From NCBI GenBank assembly GCA_002772815.1, contig PFDQ01000043.1:15955-65970 (forward strand): a DNA stretch of 50,016 bases. The letters run 5' to 3'. This document shows, piece after piece, positions 9,335 through 19,429 of the stretch. The notes below the pieces were generated by a model. The model ran no database searches, had not been told where the DNA came from, and saw only the letters and a list, made by a program, of their open reading frames with translations. The position numbers were made by a program, and so were the translations under genes. How positions within the stretch are numbered: position 1 is the first letter of the stretch; every line of letters begins with the position of its first letter. This stretch comes from Candidatus Peregrinibacteria bacterium CG10_big_fil_rev_8_21_14_0_10_42_8. GTDB lineage: Bacteria; Patescibacteriota; Gracilibacteria; Peribacterales; Peribacteraceae.

Positions 9335-9949
9335 ATGGATAATCAATCAAACATTCAGCATCTCATCACTGGCACAGGAAGGTCTGGAACGACATTTTTA
9401 GCGCATGTATTGTACAATGCAGGGCTGGATTTCGGAGATAGTTCTCCAGTAAGTATCGGAGCAGTAGGAGATCCTATAGGGGGCGGAATGGAGTTGGCGA
9501 CATTTGCACATCTCAATACAAAATTGATGTATGACATGAACCATTTTCCCTTAAAAGAAGTTATTGAAAGCAATAGTGAATCTATGCAAGAGCAATGGCC
9601 ACAATACATGAAAGATCCACGTTATCTTATAACATGGCCAATATGGGAGAAAATTGGCATACGACCAAGGCACATATTTTTTTGTACAAGAATTCCTGAA
9701 AGCACAAATCAGTCCATTAATCAGACAACAAATTGGAATATAGAAAATCCTTCTGTGCTGTATATGCATTTCTATAAGTGTTTGTTATATGTCCTAGAAA
9801 AAGATATTAGCCATACATTCGTGCATTATCCGCGTATTGCAAAAGATAAGGAATATGCAGAGAAAACATTAGGTGCATTTATAAAAGATCCTTGGCCTAT
9901 TATTCAACAGACTTGGGACGATTCATTGCATCATTTTAAGTCAGAGTAG
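9335..9949 (+). CDS. Putative stand-alone sulfotransferase
   Basis: An internal ATG was chosen. A 5'-PSB-like loop GTGRSGTTFL (no Lys, so unlike kinase P-loops) and a 3'-PB-like TRIPESTNQS. Confidence 0.5.
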   Translation: MDNQSNIQHLITGTGRSGTTFLAHVLYNAGLDFGDSSPVSIGAVGDPIGGGMELATFAHLNTKLMYDMNHFPLKEVIESNSESMQEQWPQYMKDPRYLITWPIWEKIGIRPRHIFFCTRIPESTNQSINQTTNWNIENPSVLYMHFYKCLLYVLEKDISHTFVHYPRIAKDKEYAEKTLGAFIKDPWPIIQQTWDDSLHHFKSE

Positions 9950-11057
9950 TAAGTAGGTTGTTATAATTCTCTAACATTCGTTCTTGTGAAAATAGTGACG
10001 ACACTCGTTTTTGAGCATTACGCCCAAGCAGATCGCGAAGTTCTTTATTCGTCAGAAGTGTATACAGGTTGCCTGCGAGCTGTGAAGAATTGCCAGATAA
10101 ATGAAGTAATCCACTTTCGTTATGAATTATTTGTTCGGCAATGCCGTAGCAGTTACTTGCAGCTATTGGTAGTCCGCATGCCATTGCTTCAAGGATGACA
10201 AGTGGAAAAGATTCGATAAAAGAGTTACACACATAGATGTCACTGCATGCATAGTATTCAAATGGATCTTTTTGCTCTGGAAGCACATGGAATCGATCAA
10301 TCATCCCAGAGTCCTTTGCTGGCTTTAGTGCTTCTTCAAAGTATTGCGCATATTCTGGGTGTAGTTTACCAGCAATAAGAAAATGAGCATTACAGTCTCG
10401 TGGCAGTTTTTCAAGAGTCTCAAGAGCGGCGAGTATGAATTCTTTTTGGCCCTTACGTGGGCAGATAGATCCAATCAAAGTACTGACGAGTGCAGTGTCG
10501 GATATGCCAAACTGTTGTCGTAGTGATGCAGTATTATACTGCTGCATTTTTTGCTGAATACCATCGATATCAATGCCGTTATGTATCATATGCATGTTTC
10601 CTGTATTCCATTGTGTATATACTTTTTTTGTATAGTCAGAGACAAAGACAATTGCCGAGACCAGTGCAAAGGTATCCGGTGTGATATACGGGTTATTTCT
10701 CATAATCTCATGGCATTCAGACTCCTGAATTATCCATATAATATTTTCCGCGTCTGGACGCTCTGTATGTAATAGCTGAATGATACGAGCACCAAGAAGT
10801 GTACTGACAACAATGAAATCAGGATTGTGAGACGTAACACCTGGTTCAAGCACAGAGGAGTCAGCATCGTTGCTATATAGCAATGGATCGACATGAGTTG
10901 GAATGTCCGCTTCAGCAGCGAGTTTTCGTAATGGACCATTGCTTGGCATAAATAATTCGACAGTGTGACCTTCTCTCTGAAAGAGCATGGCAATATGCAA
11001 TATGTGCAAAGGAGCCCCTTCGAGTTCGGCGTTATGGGAGCAGAAAGCAATGTGCAT
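9936..11057 (-). CDS. Glycosyltransferase family 4 (GT-B)
   Basis: N-terminal NAELEGAPLHILHIA and C-terminal ESFPLVILEAMACGLPIAAS (Glycos_transf_1 signature). The 3' end overlaps the convergent gene by 14 nt. Confidence 0.85.
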   Translation of the reverse strand: MHIAFCSHNAELEGAPLHILHIAMLFQREGHTVELFMPSNGPLRKLAAEADIPTHVDPLLYSNDADSSVLEPGVTSHNPDFIVVSTLLGARIIQLLHTERPDAENIIWIIQESECHEIMRNNPYITPDTFALVSAIVFVSDYTKKVYTQWNTGNMHMIHNGIDIDGIQQKMQQYNTASLRQQFGISDTALVSTLIGSICPRKGQKEFILAALETLEKLPRDCNAHFLIAGKLHPEYAQYFEEALKPAKDSGMIDRFHVLPEQKDPFEYYACSDIYVCNSFIESFPLVILEAMACGLPIAASNCYGIAEQIIHNESGLLHLSGNSSQLAGNLYTLLTNKELRDLLGRNAQKRVSSLFSQERMLENYNNLLTTLT

Positions 11058-11115
11058 ACAAAGAGTGGAATTGGCTACTGATTATACAGCATATGTAGAG
11101 TATTCTGATACTCCA

Positions 11116-12240
11116 ATGCCAAAAAAAACTCTTACATACGTCAGTCACGAGGCATCCCGCACAGGAGCGCCCCTATTTTTGTATAATGCATTATCTCGAA
11201 TGAATCCCATAGATTGGGATCAGCAGGTCCTGCTATTGCGCGATGGTTCTCTTAAAAAGAGTTTTGCAGATTTGCATCCTACAAGGGTCTATAAAGAGTT
11301 TTGGTGGAAAGCCTTATGTCATACAAAGAAAACACCAGATCTGTATTACCTAAACTCTCATTCATATAGTTTTTTACATCAAGCACAGCAGGAAGGTGTT
11401 CCTGCTCTATGTCATGTCCATGAGGTACCACTATCATTTGCACACGAGTCTCCAGAAACACTAGAACTCCTTCGTACGTATCCATTGTCTTATCTTGCAG
11501 TATCGCGGTATGTAGAAAATATGCTTGTGTCGATGGGTATTGAACGAAAGAAAATTCGATATTGCCCCTCAGGAATAGATGTTGTGCATTGGAAGAGGCG
11601 TTCATCTGGTGAAAAATTGCGACACAAGATCGGTATACCATCTGATGCGATAGTTATCGGTATGTCAGGACAGGTAGTTTCACTGAAGGGAGTCGATATA
11701 TGGATAGAAATGGCAAAGATGCTTACAAAAAATCATCCTGAGAAGAAGTGGCATTTTGTATGGGTAGGCGGTGTATCAAAATATGAACCAGATTATCTAC
11801 AGATGATGCAGCAAGAAGTACAAGATGCAGGGTTATCACAATGTATTCACTTTGTTGGAGAGCAGCGTGATCCGAGATCATATTACGAAGTCTTTGATAT
11901 CTTTACGCTTACATCGCGCATGGAGTCGCTTAGCTTGGTCTGCCTAGAAAATGCAATGATGGGCACACCTGTCATTGCGTTCAGTGCTGCAGGGGGACCA
12001 CAGGAGTTTGGGAATCACGGATTTGTAGAACTCGTACAAGATATGAATGCACAGTTCATGGTAAATGCTGTGTTATCCATGCATGAAGATTTAAAAAGGC
12101 AGCGAGAGCTACAGGAAAAGGCAGCAATAATTATCCCACAGATGTATTCCATTGATACATCAGTGTCGACGATGAAAGATGAGATACAACGTGTATTTAG
12201 CGACGTACAGTTGTTGAAAATGCATTGTGATGAATACTAA
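11116..12240 (+). CDS. Glycosyltransferase family 4 (GT-B)
   Basis: Internal ATG 11116 was chosen so that it diverges from 11057. HEASRTGAPLFLYN and ESLSLVCLENAMMGTPVIAF. Confidence 0.8.
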   Translation: MPKKTLTYVSHEASRTGAPLFLYNALSRMNPIDWDQQVLLLRDGSLKKSFADLHPTRVYKEFWWKALCHTKKTPDLYYLNSHSYSFLHQAQQEGVPALCHVHEVPLSFAHESPETLELLRTYPLSYLAVSRYVENMLVSMGIERKKIRYCPSGIDVVHWKRRSSGEKLRHKIGIPSDAIVIGMSGQVVSLKGVDIWIEMAKMLTKNHPEKKWHFVWVGGVSKYEPDYLQMMQQEVQDAGLSQCIHFVGEQRDPRSYYEVFDIFTLTSRMESLSLVCLENAMMGTPVIAFSAAGGPQEFGNHGFVELVQDMNAQFMVNAVLSMHEDLKRQRELQEKAAIIIPQMYSIDTSVSTMKDEIQRVFSDVQLLKMHCDEY

Positions 12241-15200
12241 GGGAGAAGTGCGGATTATAATATGGATCATGTCCAAACATGTGTCCCCACTTATTTTCAA
12301 AAGCGATAATTTCTTCTCTTTTCACGTTGGCACCGAGACCACCATTATTACCTCTGGTAGCAGATTCATGATGAATAACCGATGATAGTGGATTACACAC
12401 AACACGATAGCCTTCTTGTTGTACGCGTAGGCAGTAGTCTACATCTCCAAAATCAACACCAAATTTATGTTCATCAAGCCCTCCAATATCAGAAAAGAGT
12501 TTTCTTCGTGTAAGAAGACATGCACCGCCAATAGCAGAGCAATTTCGCAACACGTAGTTGTAGTTTTCGTATCCAAGTGCATCTTTTGTATCAACTTGTA
12601 CAAGACTTGCCCAGTTTCTACCAATAATCATGCCAATACTCTGTACACGATATATATCATGTTGAGGGGGGTAGAGTAGTCTTGATCCAACAACGCCAAT
12701 CCTCGTATCAAGTAACATGGTTCCAACCAACGTGGTCAACCAATGAGGATCGGCAGGCTCTGTATCGTTATTAAGAAGAAGAATAAATTCTCCTGTTGTA
12801 CGAGCCACTACTTCGTTGTTGATGTGTGCAAAGTTAAATGCAGGAGTGTCTATCCGTATGACTTGTTCAGGGATAGAGTCGAGGTATGCTTGTGTTTTTG
12901 GCTCGGTGCTATTGTTATCAATAATAACAATCTCATAGTTTGGGTAATCTGTTTTTGTACGAATGGTATTGATACAGTGGTGCAGAAGATCAATCCTATC
13001 TTTTGTTGGAATAATAATAGTTACTTTAGAACATTGTGCTTTAGTCGGAGTATAGAAAATTTGGAAGAAGAGTGTATGGCTCTTTATAGATTCTTCAGGA
13101 CGAATAACTGTGCAAGAAATACGGCGTCGTTTTAGGCATTGTTCGATAACATTCTTTGTTTCATTTTCGAAAGATGGTTCCTGTAGAGGGTCTCCATAAT
13201 AGTGATACAGAATCTCTGGAATATGGATAACATGATGAGTTCCATCAGCAAGATGAAGGAGAATATCATGCGTGTAGGCATCGCTCTGGAGGTGATCATT
13301 AAGAAGAAATGGTAAAAGAGTTTCTCTCTGAACAATAAAGAAAGGGCGGATATAATTAAATGAGAGTAAGAGCTCTGGGCTCCAGTCTGGCTTATAAATA
13401 GGCGAGTATTGAGGTGCACCTCGATGTAGACACTCGTCATGGTCACTGTATATCGCATCTGGAAGTTCTGCCTCTTCACATGCGGCAGACATCATCGTTG
13501 CAAGAGTATGTGGCAACAAGCAGTCTTCTATGCGTAAAAAACCAATGTACATTTCCGTTGATCGACGGACGATGGATGCGCGTGTTTCTGATGTATAGAA
13601 GAATGTATGCGGGAAATCTGCAGAGTACTCCTGTATGACGTTTTGCAGTATTTCACCAGATTTTGATGCATCCAGAACAGTAACTTTCCACTCAATATAC
13701 GTTTGTTGCGTAAGAGCGTTTAAGCATTGTCGTAATTGTATTTCATCAAAATGACGCACAGGAAGTAAAAGATGAAGTGACGGCTGAAATAGCATTTGGC
13801 GTATTGCAAGGCGGCTAGCCTCTTGTTCTGCATGGGAAAAAAAATGGGTTGGCAAATAAGACTTCTGTAATGGTTCTCGAGTGTTAGGTGAGTGAACAGG
13901 CCATATTTTTCCAAGAATCCTGTGGCGGATAAACACTGCAGCGCCTGGGAATGGCTCTCCAAAGTCTGTCCATAAGTCTTTTAAGCAACTAAAAACATAG
14001 TACGCAGCTTTTTTCCGAGCTGGCGCACTGACGCGAGGAACAATTGGCTCTGGTGCAGTAAGGATTGGTGTCGTGACACCTTCTTGCAGGGCATGAACTG
14101 CAGTTGTAGATTTGCAAAATGCCTTTTTACTCCATGTTTTTTGTAGTGGTCTCTGAAGAATCTGTTCTAATTCTAGAATACCTGGAAGATATATGTCATA
14201 GAGCTTTTGAAGTTCATCTTCAGTGGTAATAGGAAGAATGGTTTTTCCTGTAGCACTGTTATTATTCATATGTGCATAGACAATGCCATTGATATGAGTA
14301 CGTGTGGTACCTCGAAAGACTGTCGAGAGATCTTCTGGAATAATATCGGGGTGTGTGGTTCCAAGAAATGTGTGAACATTATGTAGTGTTTCAGCTGGAT
14401 GTTGGAAAATATCTTCTTCAAGAATAACGACATGAATGTTTTCTTTTGGGAACCATCGAAGCCATTCCTGTAAATGCGATGCATAGAATCCCATATGAAT
14501 AATGCCATGTCGTTTTGCGGTTTCAGCAAAATTCCCAGTATGTACTAACGATCCATGGTGAAGATGATGACAATACGCAGAAAGAGCACGCATGACAGGA
14601 TGACGTAGAGATAGGACAATTTTTGTTTCTTTCCCAAGTACATCATATACATACTTAGGTGTCATAGGGTTTGGTTTCTGTAGCCCTACGTACCATTCTT
14701 GATGTGTAGTACTCGTCCAAAAATAGCTTGCCGTCTTTTCTCCAATAACTGGTTCTTCTTTTTGTTGTGAGAAATACGTTTTGCTGTAGTTATCAATATC
14801 GCGTGATGAGGGTGCCCTATTCTTCGAGAAGAATTCACATTCTGGCTGTGTTGGAAGATAGATATCAGGATGATGCGATAAGTTTTTCCATAACCATGTA
14901 CTCCCACATTTTTGTCCGCCAATAATAAGGAAATTAGGAAGTTTTTGAACTGGGGCAATAGGCTCTGGTTTTGGAAATTTTTCGTAAAGATTCTGATACC
15001 AATCAGAGACAGTCTGTATATCTGGCAATTGCATCGCATCAATTTCTCTGCAAAGACTGTCGTGCATTGATGCGGTGATAGTATGCACTATTGTATGAAC
15101 AATTTCTTGAGGGTCTTTATTCTGCAGAATAATTCCACCACCATGTTTCTGTATTCGCTCCGCTAATGCACCGCTATTTGTTACACAGACAGGAATACGC

Positions 15201-17008
15201 ATTCGAAAGCATTCAGAGAGTGTATAACTGTATGTCTCTGGCCAATTAGGAAAAAGGCAGACTAGCCGTGGTGCGATGCAATGTAAGATTGCAGGAAGTT
15301 CTTCTTGTGTGTATTTGCTAAAAAAATGGACATGAGGATTATGTGCCAATTCTGGCCATTCAGACTCTAATGTTCCAAGAAAATAGATATCAACACCTTC
15401 TTTTATGAGAAGTGGTAGAACAGATGCAATAAGAGCTTTACCCTTATGATCTGCGTGAACATAGCCAAGAAAACAAATACGATTGTTATGGTATTGCTGA
15501 ACTTGTGCATACGGCGGTATTTTTTCTGTTCCATGTTCTTGGATAAGACATCGATCCTGTACAAAGGGGAATATCTTGGCAAATGTATCTCGTGCAGTCT
15601 GCGAGGGTGCAACAAAGGTACCTACGTGCTCAAGCAGTGGATAGACATCTTGTTGCCATTGTTCATATGTTTTTGTGGGGTCGCTCGGACACGTCGTATT
15701 TCCTGATGGTATACCAAGGAATTCTCCATTTTGGAGGAGTTGCGGTGAGCCAATCGCGTAATAGTCATGAATAGAATAGACGACTGAAATGCCACATGAT
15801 TTTGCAGCTTCTATGAGAGAAAAATTACTTCCAATAAGCTGATGAATATGAAGAACGGAAATGCGCTTGCTCATAAGAAATTCTTTGAATTCTCGTAAGC
15901 TTTCCTGTGGCGCCTTCGTTATGTATGTACCTATAGAGATAGATTCAACATCTTTGAGTTCCGAGTTCTGAAATTCAGATACAGCGAGATGGTCGCTCCC
16001 TGACGGATACAGTAAGTAATGTGTAGTGTCACTCATCGATAGGATAAGGTCTTCCACATGTTTTTCTGTGCCACCCACTTTTATACTTCGTGGAGAATTA
16101 TGCAAAATATGTGCCACGGTACATGGAGATTGTTCTTCTAGTAGGTTTTTAGCAATTGCATCAACTCTATGACGAATAGTATCGAGCCGTGTGTCATTAC
16201 GAATAAATGACTCTACAATATTCCGATACTCTGAATGCATTGCTTGGAGCAATTCTTCATGCGAAGGAATAGAGCGAGCTTCTCGTGAAGGAATATCTCC
16301 ACTGAGCGACATAGATACACCTCCTTCATGGAAAACAAATGTGCTTTCATCAAGGTAGTGTGTGAATCCTGCACTTCTTGCTCTCATACACCAGTCGTTT
16401 TCTTCACCGTATCCGCGTCCAAAAATTTCGTTAAATACGCCAACGATAGCGCGTGCTTTCCATGGAATATACATACAAAAGCCTACAGCAGTTGGAATAG
16501 TCAGTAGCGTCGTGCTTTTTGATAGCGCAATGTTCTGTGCAAGATTTTCAAGTAATCTCTTTTCTTTTAATGCAATTGCATCATTTTGGGCAACAGAGTA
16601 AATAGATGCCTCATTTGAAAGAGGGGTAATACTCCCTGCATCGGGGTGAGCTGTAGCAAGTGTAGATAAACGCTCTATCCATCCATCGTAAACGATTGTA
16701 TCACTATTAAGGAGTACAACATCTTGTCCTCTTGTCTGGGAAAAGCCATAGTTTACCGCTTGCACAAAGCCTACATTCTGTTCGAGTGTGATGAGGTGTA
16801 CACGATGTGGATACTCTCGCTGTACTGCAGAAAGATACATGCCAATTTCAGGATCGGTACTTGCATCATCAATGAGAACAATTGTGCAATGATCATTCTT
16901 GGTGGTATGTAAGAGGCTCTCAATACATGCATGCACATACGTAAATGCATTATGTATAGGAATAATGATGCTTATCATTTTGCCTGTAGATTCCGAATAT
17001 TTCTGCAT
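12197..17008 (-). CDS. Giant five-module enzyme: GT2 - GT4-like - sulfotransferase - GT2 - GT2 (1603 aa)
   Basis: Five modules are recognisable. GT2 no. 1, aa 11-235: ISIIIPIHN..LIDDASTD..LLNSDT. GT-B, aa about 295-650: WPETYSYTLSECFRMRIPVCVTNSGA. Sulfotransferase, aa about 688-950: IIGGQKCGSTWL and SLRHPVMRALS. GT2 no. 2, aa about 1075-1270: LLLPVRH..YSDHDE. GT2 no. 3, aa 1328-1560: VTIIIPTKD..IIDNNSTEP..LLNNDTE..GDVDYCLRV. Confidence 0.85.
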   Translation of the reverse strand: MQKYSESTGKMISIIIPIHNAFTYVHACIESLLHTTKNDHCTIVLIDDASTDPEIGMYLSAVQREYPHRVHLITLEQNVGFVQAVNYGFSQTRGQDVVLLNSDTIVYDGWIERLSTLATAHPDAGSITPLSNEASIYSVAQNDAIALKEKRLLENLAQNIALSKSTTLLTIPTAVGFCMYIPWKARAIVGVFNEIFGRGYGEENDWCMRARSAGFTHYLDESTFVFHEGGVSMSLSGDIPSREARSIPSHEELLQAMHSEYRNIVESFIRNDTRLDTIRHRVDAIAKNLLEEQSPCTVAHILHNSPRSIKVGGTEKHVEDLILSMSDTTHYLLYPSGSDHLAVSEFQNSELKDVESISIGTYITKAPQESLREFKEFLMSKRISVLHIHQLIGSNFSLIEAAKSCGISVVYSIHDYYAIGSPQLLQNGEFLGIPSGNTTCPSDPTKTYEQWQQDVYPLLEHVGTFVAPSQTARDTFAKIFPFVQDRCLIQEHGTEKIPPYAQVQQYHNNRICFLGYVHADHKGKALIASVLPLLIKEGVDIYFLGTLESEWPELAHNPHVHFFSKYTQEELPAILHCIAPRLVCLFPNWPETYSYTLSECFRMRIPVCVTNSGALAERIQKHGGGIILQNKDPQEIVHTIVHTITASMHDSLCREIDAMQLPDIQTVSDWYQNLYEKFPKPEPIAPVQKLPNFLIIGGQKCGSTWLWKNLSHHPDIYLPTQPECEFFSKNRAPSSRDIDNYSKTYFSQQKEEPVIGEKTASYFWTSTTHQEWYVGLQKPNPMTPKYVYDVLGKETKIVLSLRHPVMRALSAYCHHLHHGSLVHTGNFAETAKRHGIIHMGFYASHLQEWLRWFPKENIHVVILEEDIFQHPAETLHNVHTFLGTTHPDIIPEDLSTVFRGTTRTHINGIVYAHMNNNSATGKTILPITTEDELQKLYDIYLPGILELEQILQRPLQKTWSKKAFCKSTTAVHALQEGVTTPILTAPEPIVPRVSAPARKKAAYYVFSCLKDLWTDFGEPFPGAAVFIRHRILGKIWPVHSPNTREPLQKSYLPTHFFSHAEQEASRLAIRQMLFQPSLHLLLPVRHFDEIQLRQCLNALTQQTYIEWKVTVLDASKSGEILQNVIQEYSADFPHTFFYTSETRASIVRRSTEMYIGFLRIEDCLLPHTLATMMSAACEEAELPDAIYSDHDECLHRGAPQYSPIYKPDWSPELLLSFNYIRPFFIVQRETLLPFLLNDHLQSDAYTHDILLHLADGTHHVIHIPEILYHYYGDPLQEPSFENETKNVIEQCLKRRRISCTVIRPEESIKSHTLFFQIFYTPTKAQCSKVTIIIPTKDRIDLLHHCINTIRTKTDYPNYEIVIIDNNSTEPKTQAYLDSIPEQVIRIDTPAFNFAHINNEVVARTTGEFILLLNNDTEPADPHWLTTLVGTMLLDTRIGVVGSRLLYPPQHDIYRVQSIGMIIGRNWASLVQVDTKDALGYENYNYVLRNCSAIGGACLLTRRKLFSDIGGLDEHKFGVDFGDVDYCLRVQQEGYRVVCNPLSSVIHHESATRGNNGGLGANVKREEIIAFENKWGHMFGHDPYYNPHFSLSIHHNAFSTTVRR

Positions 17009-17011
17009 GCA

Positions 17012-17908
17012 TTATTTTGTACGAAGCTTTTTGAGTAGTGATCCGAATAGTCGAAGCGGGTGAGTGAGTCTCCAGCTTGCAGTCTGTATCAAATGATTAA
17101 TAATACTCTGTAAACCTGCATTCTTAGTATGTAGGTCATTTATGACGTTTTCGAGAGTTGTATTCTCACTATGCATCTCACTCATTACTGTTTGTAATTT
17201 TGTATTTTCAGCACTGAGTTCGTTTATTGCCCTGTGTAATTCTTGATACCCTAATTGTAATTCGTGGAGTAATTGTTGCGTGGTGTGTATCTCTTTTTGG
17301 CATTCGTCATATTTGCTACAAGAAATAATATAGTCATTTGATTGTTGAGCATATTGATTCCGAAGATGCAAAAAGGATTCCTGAATAAATGCATGTGTCT
17401 TTTGTAAATTATGTAGCTCACATTTTGTGTGCCATTCTCCTCTTCTATCTTCTACAAGAGGTAAAAGTGGTTTTGTTTCAAGAGATGACAAAATAGTATT
17501 GGTATGATGGTTAGTCATAAGTAGGCCAATTCCTTTGCATCCTGCGATATCTCTATAGGAAAGTTCTAGGATAGAGTTACATATAAAGTATGCAATATGA
17601 GAATGGGCATTATGTATAACCACTAGTGGAAAATGCTCTATAAGTTCAGATTGCTCTTGGAGAAGATGGAGTTGATGAGAAATAGCTTTCCATTGATCTT
17701 CACCATCAATAAATATCATATCAATTGATGGTATAGCACTGAGTGAATCTAGTTGAGGGTTTACAATGTGGAGTTTTATAGTATGAGTACCGCAATAGGA
17801 GAGCAGTTTTTGTGTAATGTTCTGTGAATCTTTTCCAATGACGACAATGTTTTTTGGTAACATCGTAGTGCATAGTGGTTCAATGATATTGTTCCAGTGT
17901 CTATCCAT
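17012..17908 (-). CDS. Rossmann/Methyltransf_24-like N-domain (degenerate SAM motif) fused to a C-terminal coiled coil
   Basis: NIVVIGKDSQN...MIFIDGEDQW...VVIHNAH resembles a class I methyltransferase fold with a degraded motif I. The C-terminus LHELQLGYQELHRAINELSAENTKLQTVMSEMHSENTTLENVINDLHTKNAGLQSIINHL is heptad-like. Only 3 nt separate it from the giant enzyme gene. Confidence 0.6.
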   Translation of the reverse strand: MDRHWNNIIEPLCTTMLPKNIVVIGKDSQNITQKLLSYCGTHTIKLHIVNPQLDSLSAIPSIDMIFIDGEDQWKAISHQLHLLQEQSELIEHFPLVVIHNAHSHIAYFICNSILELSYRDIAGCKGIGLLMTNHHTNTILSSLETKPLLPLVEDRRGEWHTKCELHNLQKTHAFIQESFLHLRNQYAQQSNDYIISCSKYDECQKEIHTTQQLLHELQLGYQELHRAINELSAENTKLQTVMSEMHSENTTLENVINDLHTKNAGLQSIINHLIQTASWRLTHPLRLFGSLLKKLRTK

Positions 17909-18227
17909 AAATAAGATGGTGTATCATCCGAAAAAGGAGGTGAATGATATCAGATTCCAAAGATCTCTTATAGGTATTTATAGTGATTCTAAAACATAGC
18001 GTATTGTAATTTCTTAATGAGGAGTAGGGAGGGGTTGTTGCTAAGCTATCAAGATCAAATCGACGAACGATGCCAAGTATTGCTGGTTTTGTAATCTGCT
18101 TACATTCAAATATATGAGTGTAATTTTTACTTGTTCATTTTTATACTGTTTATGCTGACGTAATAGCCCTCTACAATAGCAGTATATTGCTGAGGAGACT
18201 TACTGATTCGTATAGATTAAAATGATA

Positions 18228-19061
18228 TTATCGATAATCACTAATGAATGTAGGGAATTCATATGATGACATTGAAGACATCCGTTTAATCATTGGGTGA
18301 GTGGAGCCAAACTGTTCCACTAGTCTTTTTTTATGCAGAGGCCAAATCTTTGAAAATTCCCATAAGTTATGACGAGTGAGTTCATCAAACTCTTCTTCTG
18401 TCCACTGGCGATCATTGCCAATGTGGCAAGTAATGTGTTCGAAAGGTAAAAAAAGAAATTGTCTGGCATTTTTCATAATGTTTGCAGCGAGTCCTGTATC
18501 GACAGATGCAATGCCTATACAACACGTATCTTTATAAAATGCAGCGTATTGCTTTCGTGAAAAAACAAAACAGTCGTAGCCTGCACCTGGGACACCAATG
18601 CTCGACCAAATTTTTGCTAGTGTATCAAGTGGGTTAACCTCGGTAGGGTTTACTTCTCGACGGTTGATAATGATTCCATCATAGCCACTGTGAATATAGT
18701 CATGCACAACACTGTAAAAGTGTGGCATAAGTATAATGTCCATATTGGTATAGATAAGATAATCCGCAGTAGTTACTTGAAAAAGATTATCGATAATATC
18801 GTAAATGAGAGGTAGTTTTTTAGGTTTTTGCAGAGGTCGAACATTAATAATAGAACGAGTAAGGCCTGGTGCTCGCAGAAATCCTTTTGGAATAGCATTT
18901 TCATCTTCTTTATATACAGTGGCATATAGCTCTACAGTAACATCATTTTTTGCAAAATCCTGTGCGCGTAACATCGATTCACATACCAATGGCTGCACAT
19001 CTTCCAAATCCTGACGTTTTGGATTGTAAAATGGATTAACAATATGTGCAATTGATGTCAT
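18228..19061 (-). CDS. Hypothetical protein (possible GT-A-like nucleotide-sugar transferase)
   Basis: 277-aa ORF in glycan-locus context. It has a DYLIYTNMDIIL motif. No firm family recognised. Confidence 0.5.
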   Translation of the reverse strand: MTSIAHIVNPFYNPKRQDLEDVQPLVCESMLRAQDFAKNDVTVELYATVYKEDENAIPKGFLRAPGLTRSIINVRPLQKPKKLPLIYDIIDNLFQVTTADYLIYTNMDIILMPHFYSVVHDYIHSGYDGIIINRREVNPTEVNPLDTLAKIWSSIGVPGAGYDCFVFSRKQYAAFYKDTCCIGIASVDTGLAANIMKNARQFLFLPFEHITCHIGNDRQWTEEEFDELTRHNLWEFSKIWPLHKKRLVEQFGSTHPMIKRMSSMSSYEFPTFISDYR

Positions 19062-19144
19062 ATATACATAAATGTACGAGGAGAAACACTCTACTGCGAA
19101 ACATTCTATCCATCAAATACTAATAAGGTTCTTTAGGCAAAAAT

Positions 19145-19429
19145 ATGCTATTAGATGACGATGATGTCACAGTATGTATATTACGAAGAAAAAATACAAT
19201 TCGCCAGTATGTAGCATGGCAATTAGACAAACAAAGGGAATCAATATTGCATGTGGACCTCGCAGAAGTAAGAGAATTTTCCGAACGTAACAATGAGTGC
19301 AATATGTGCACCAGAGTGATATTGTATTATCAATGCCAAAACAGAAGCCATTACGTCAAATTGTTAAAAATACTTCTTATGCATATTTTCTTGATCAATA
19401 GCATGTGTGTAGTACCATCAAGTCGATGA
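19145..19429 (+). CDS. Small hypothetical protein, possibly coupled to fcl
   Basis: 94-aa ORF whose stop overlaps the fcl start in an ATGA arrangement. No recognisable family. Confidence 0.3.
   Translation: MLLDDDDVTVCILRRKNTIRQYVAWQLDKQRESILHVDLAEVREFSERNNECNMCTRVILYYQCQNRSHYVKLLKILLMHIFLINSMCVVPSSR

Noticed and set aside
17925-17961. Perfect AAGGAGGTG on the plus strand followed by a 9-codon ORF (ATGATATCAGATTCCAAAGATCTCTTATAG).
   Set aside because: Spacing to the ATG is only about 3 nt and the ORF is tiny. On the relevant minus strand the same bases read CACCTCCTTT in the upstream region of gene 17012-17908. I recorded it only as a curiosity.
19120-19311. 63-aa minus-strand ORF in the spacer upstream of fcl.
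   Set aside because: It overlaps the plus-strand 94-aa ORF, which at least has an ATGA coupling to fcl. Its composition is not protein-like.
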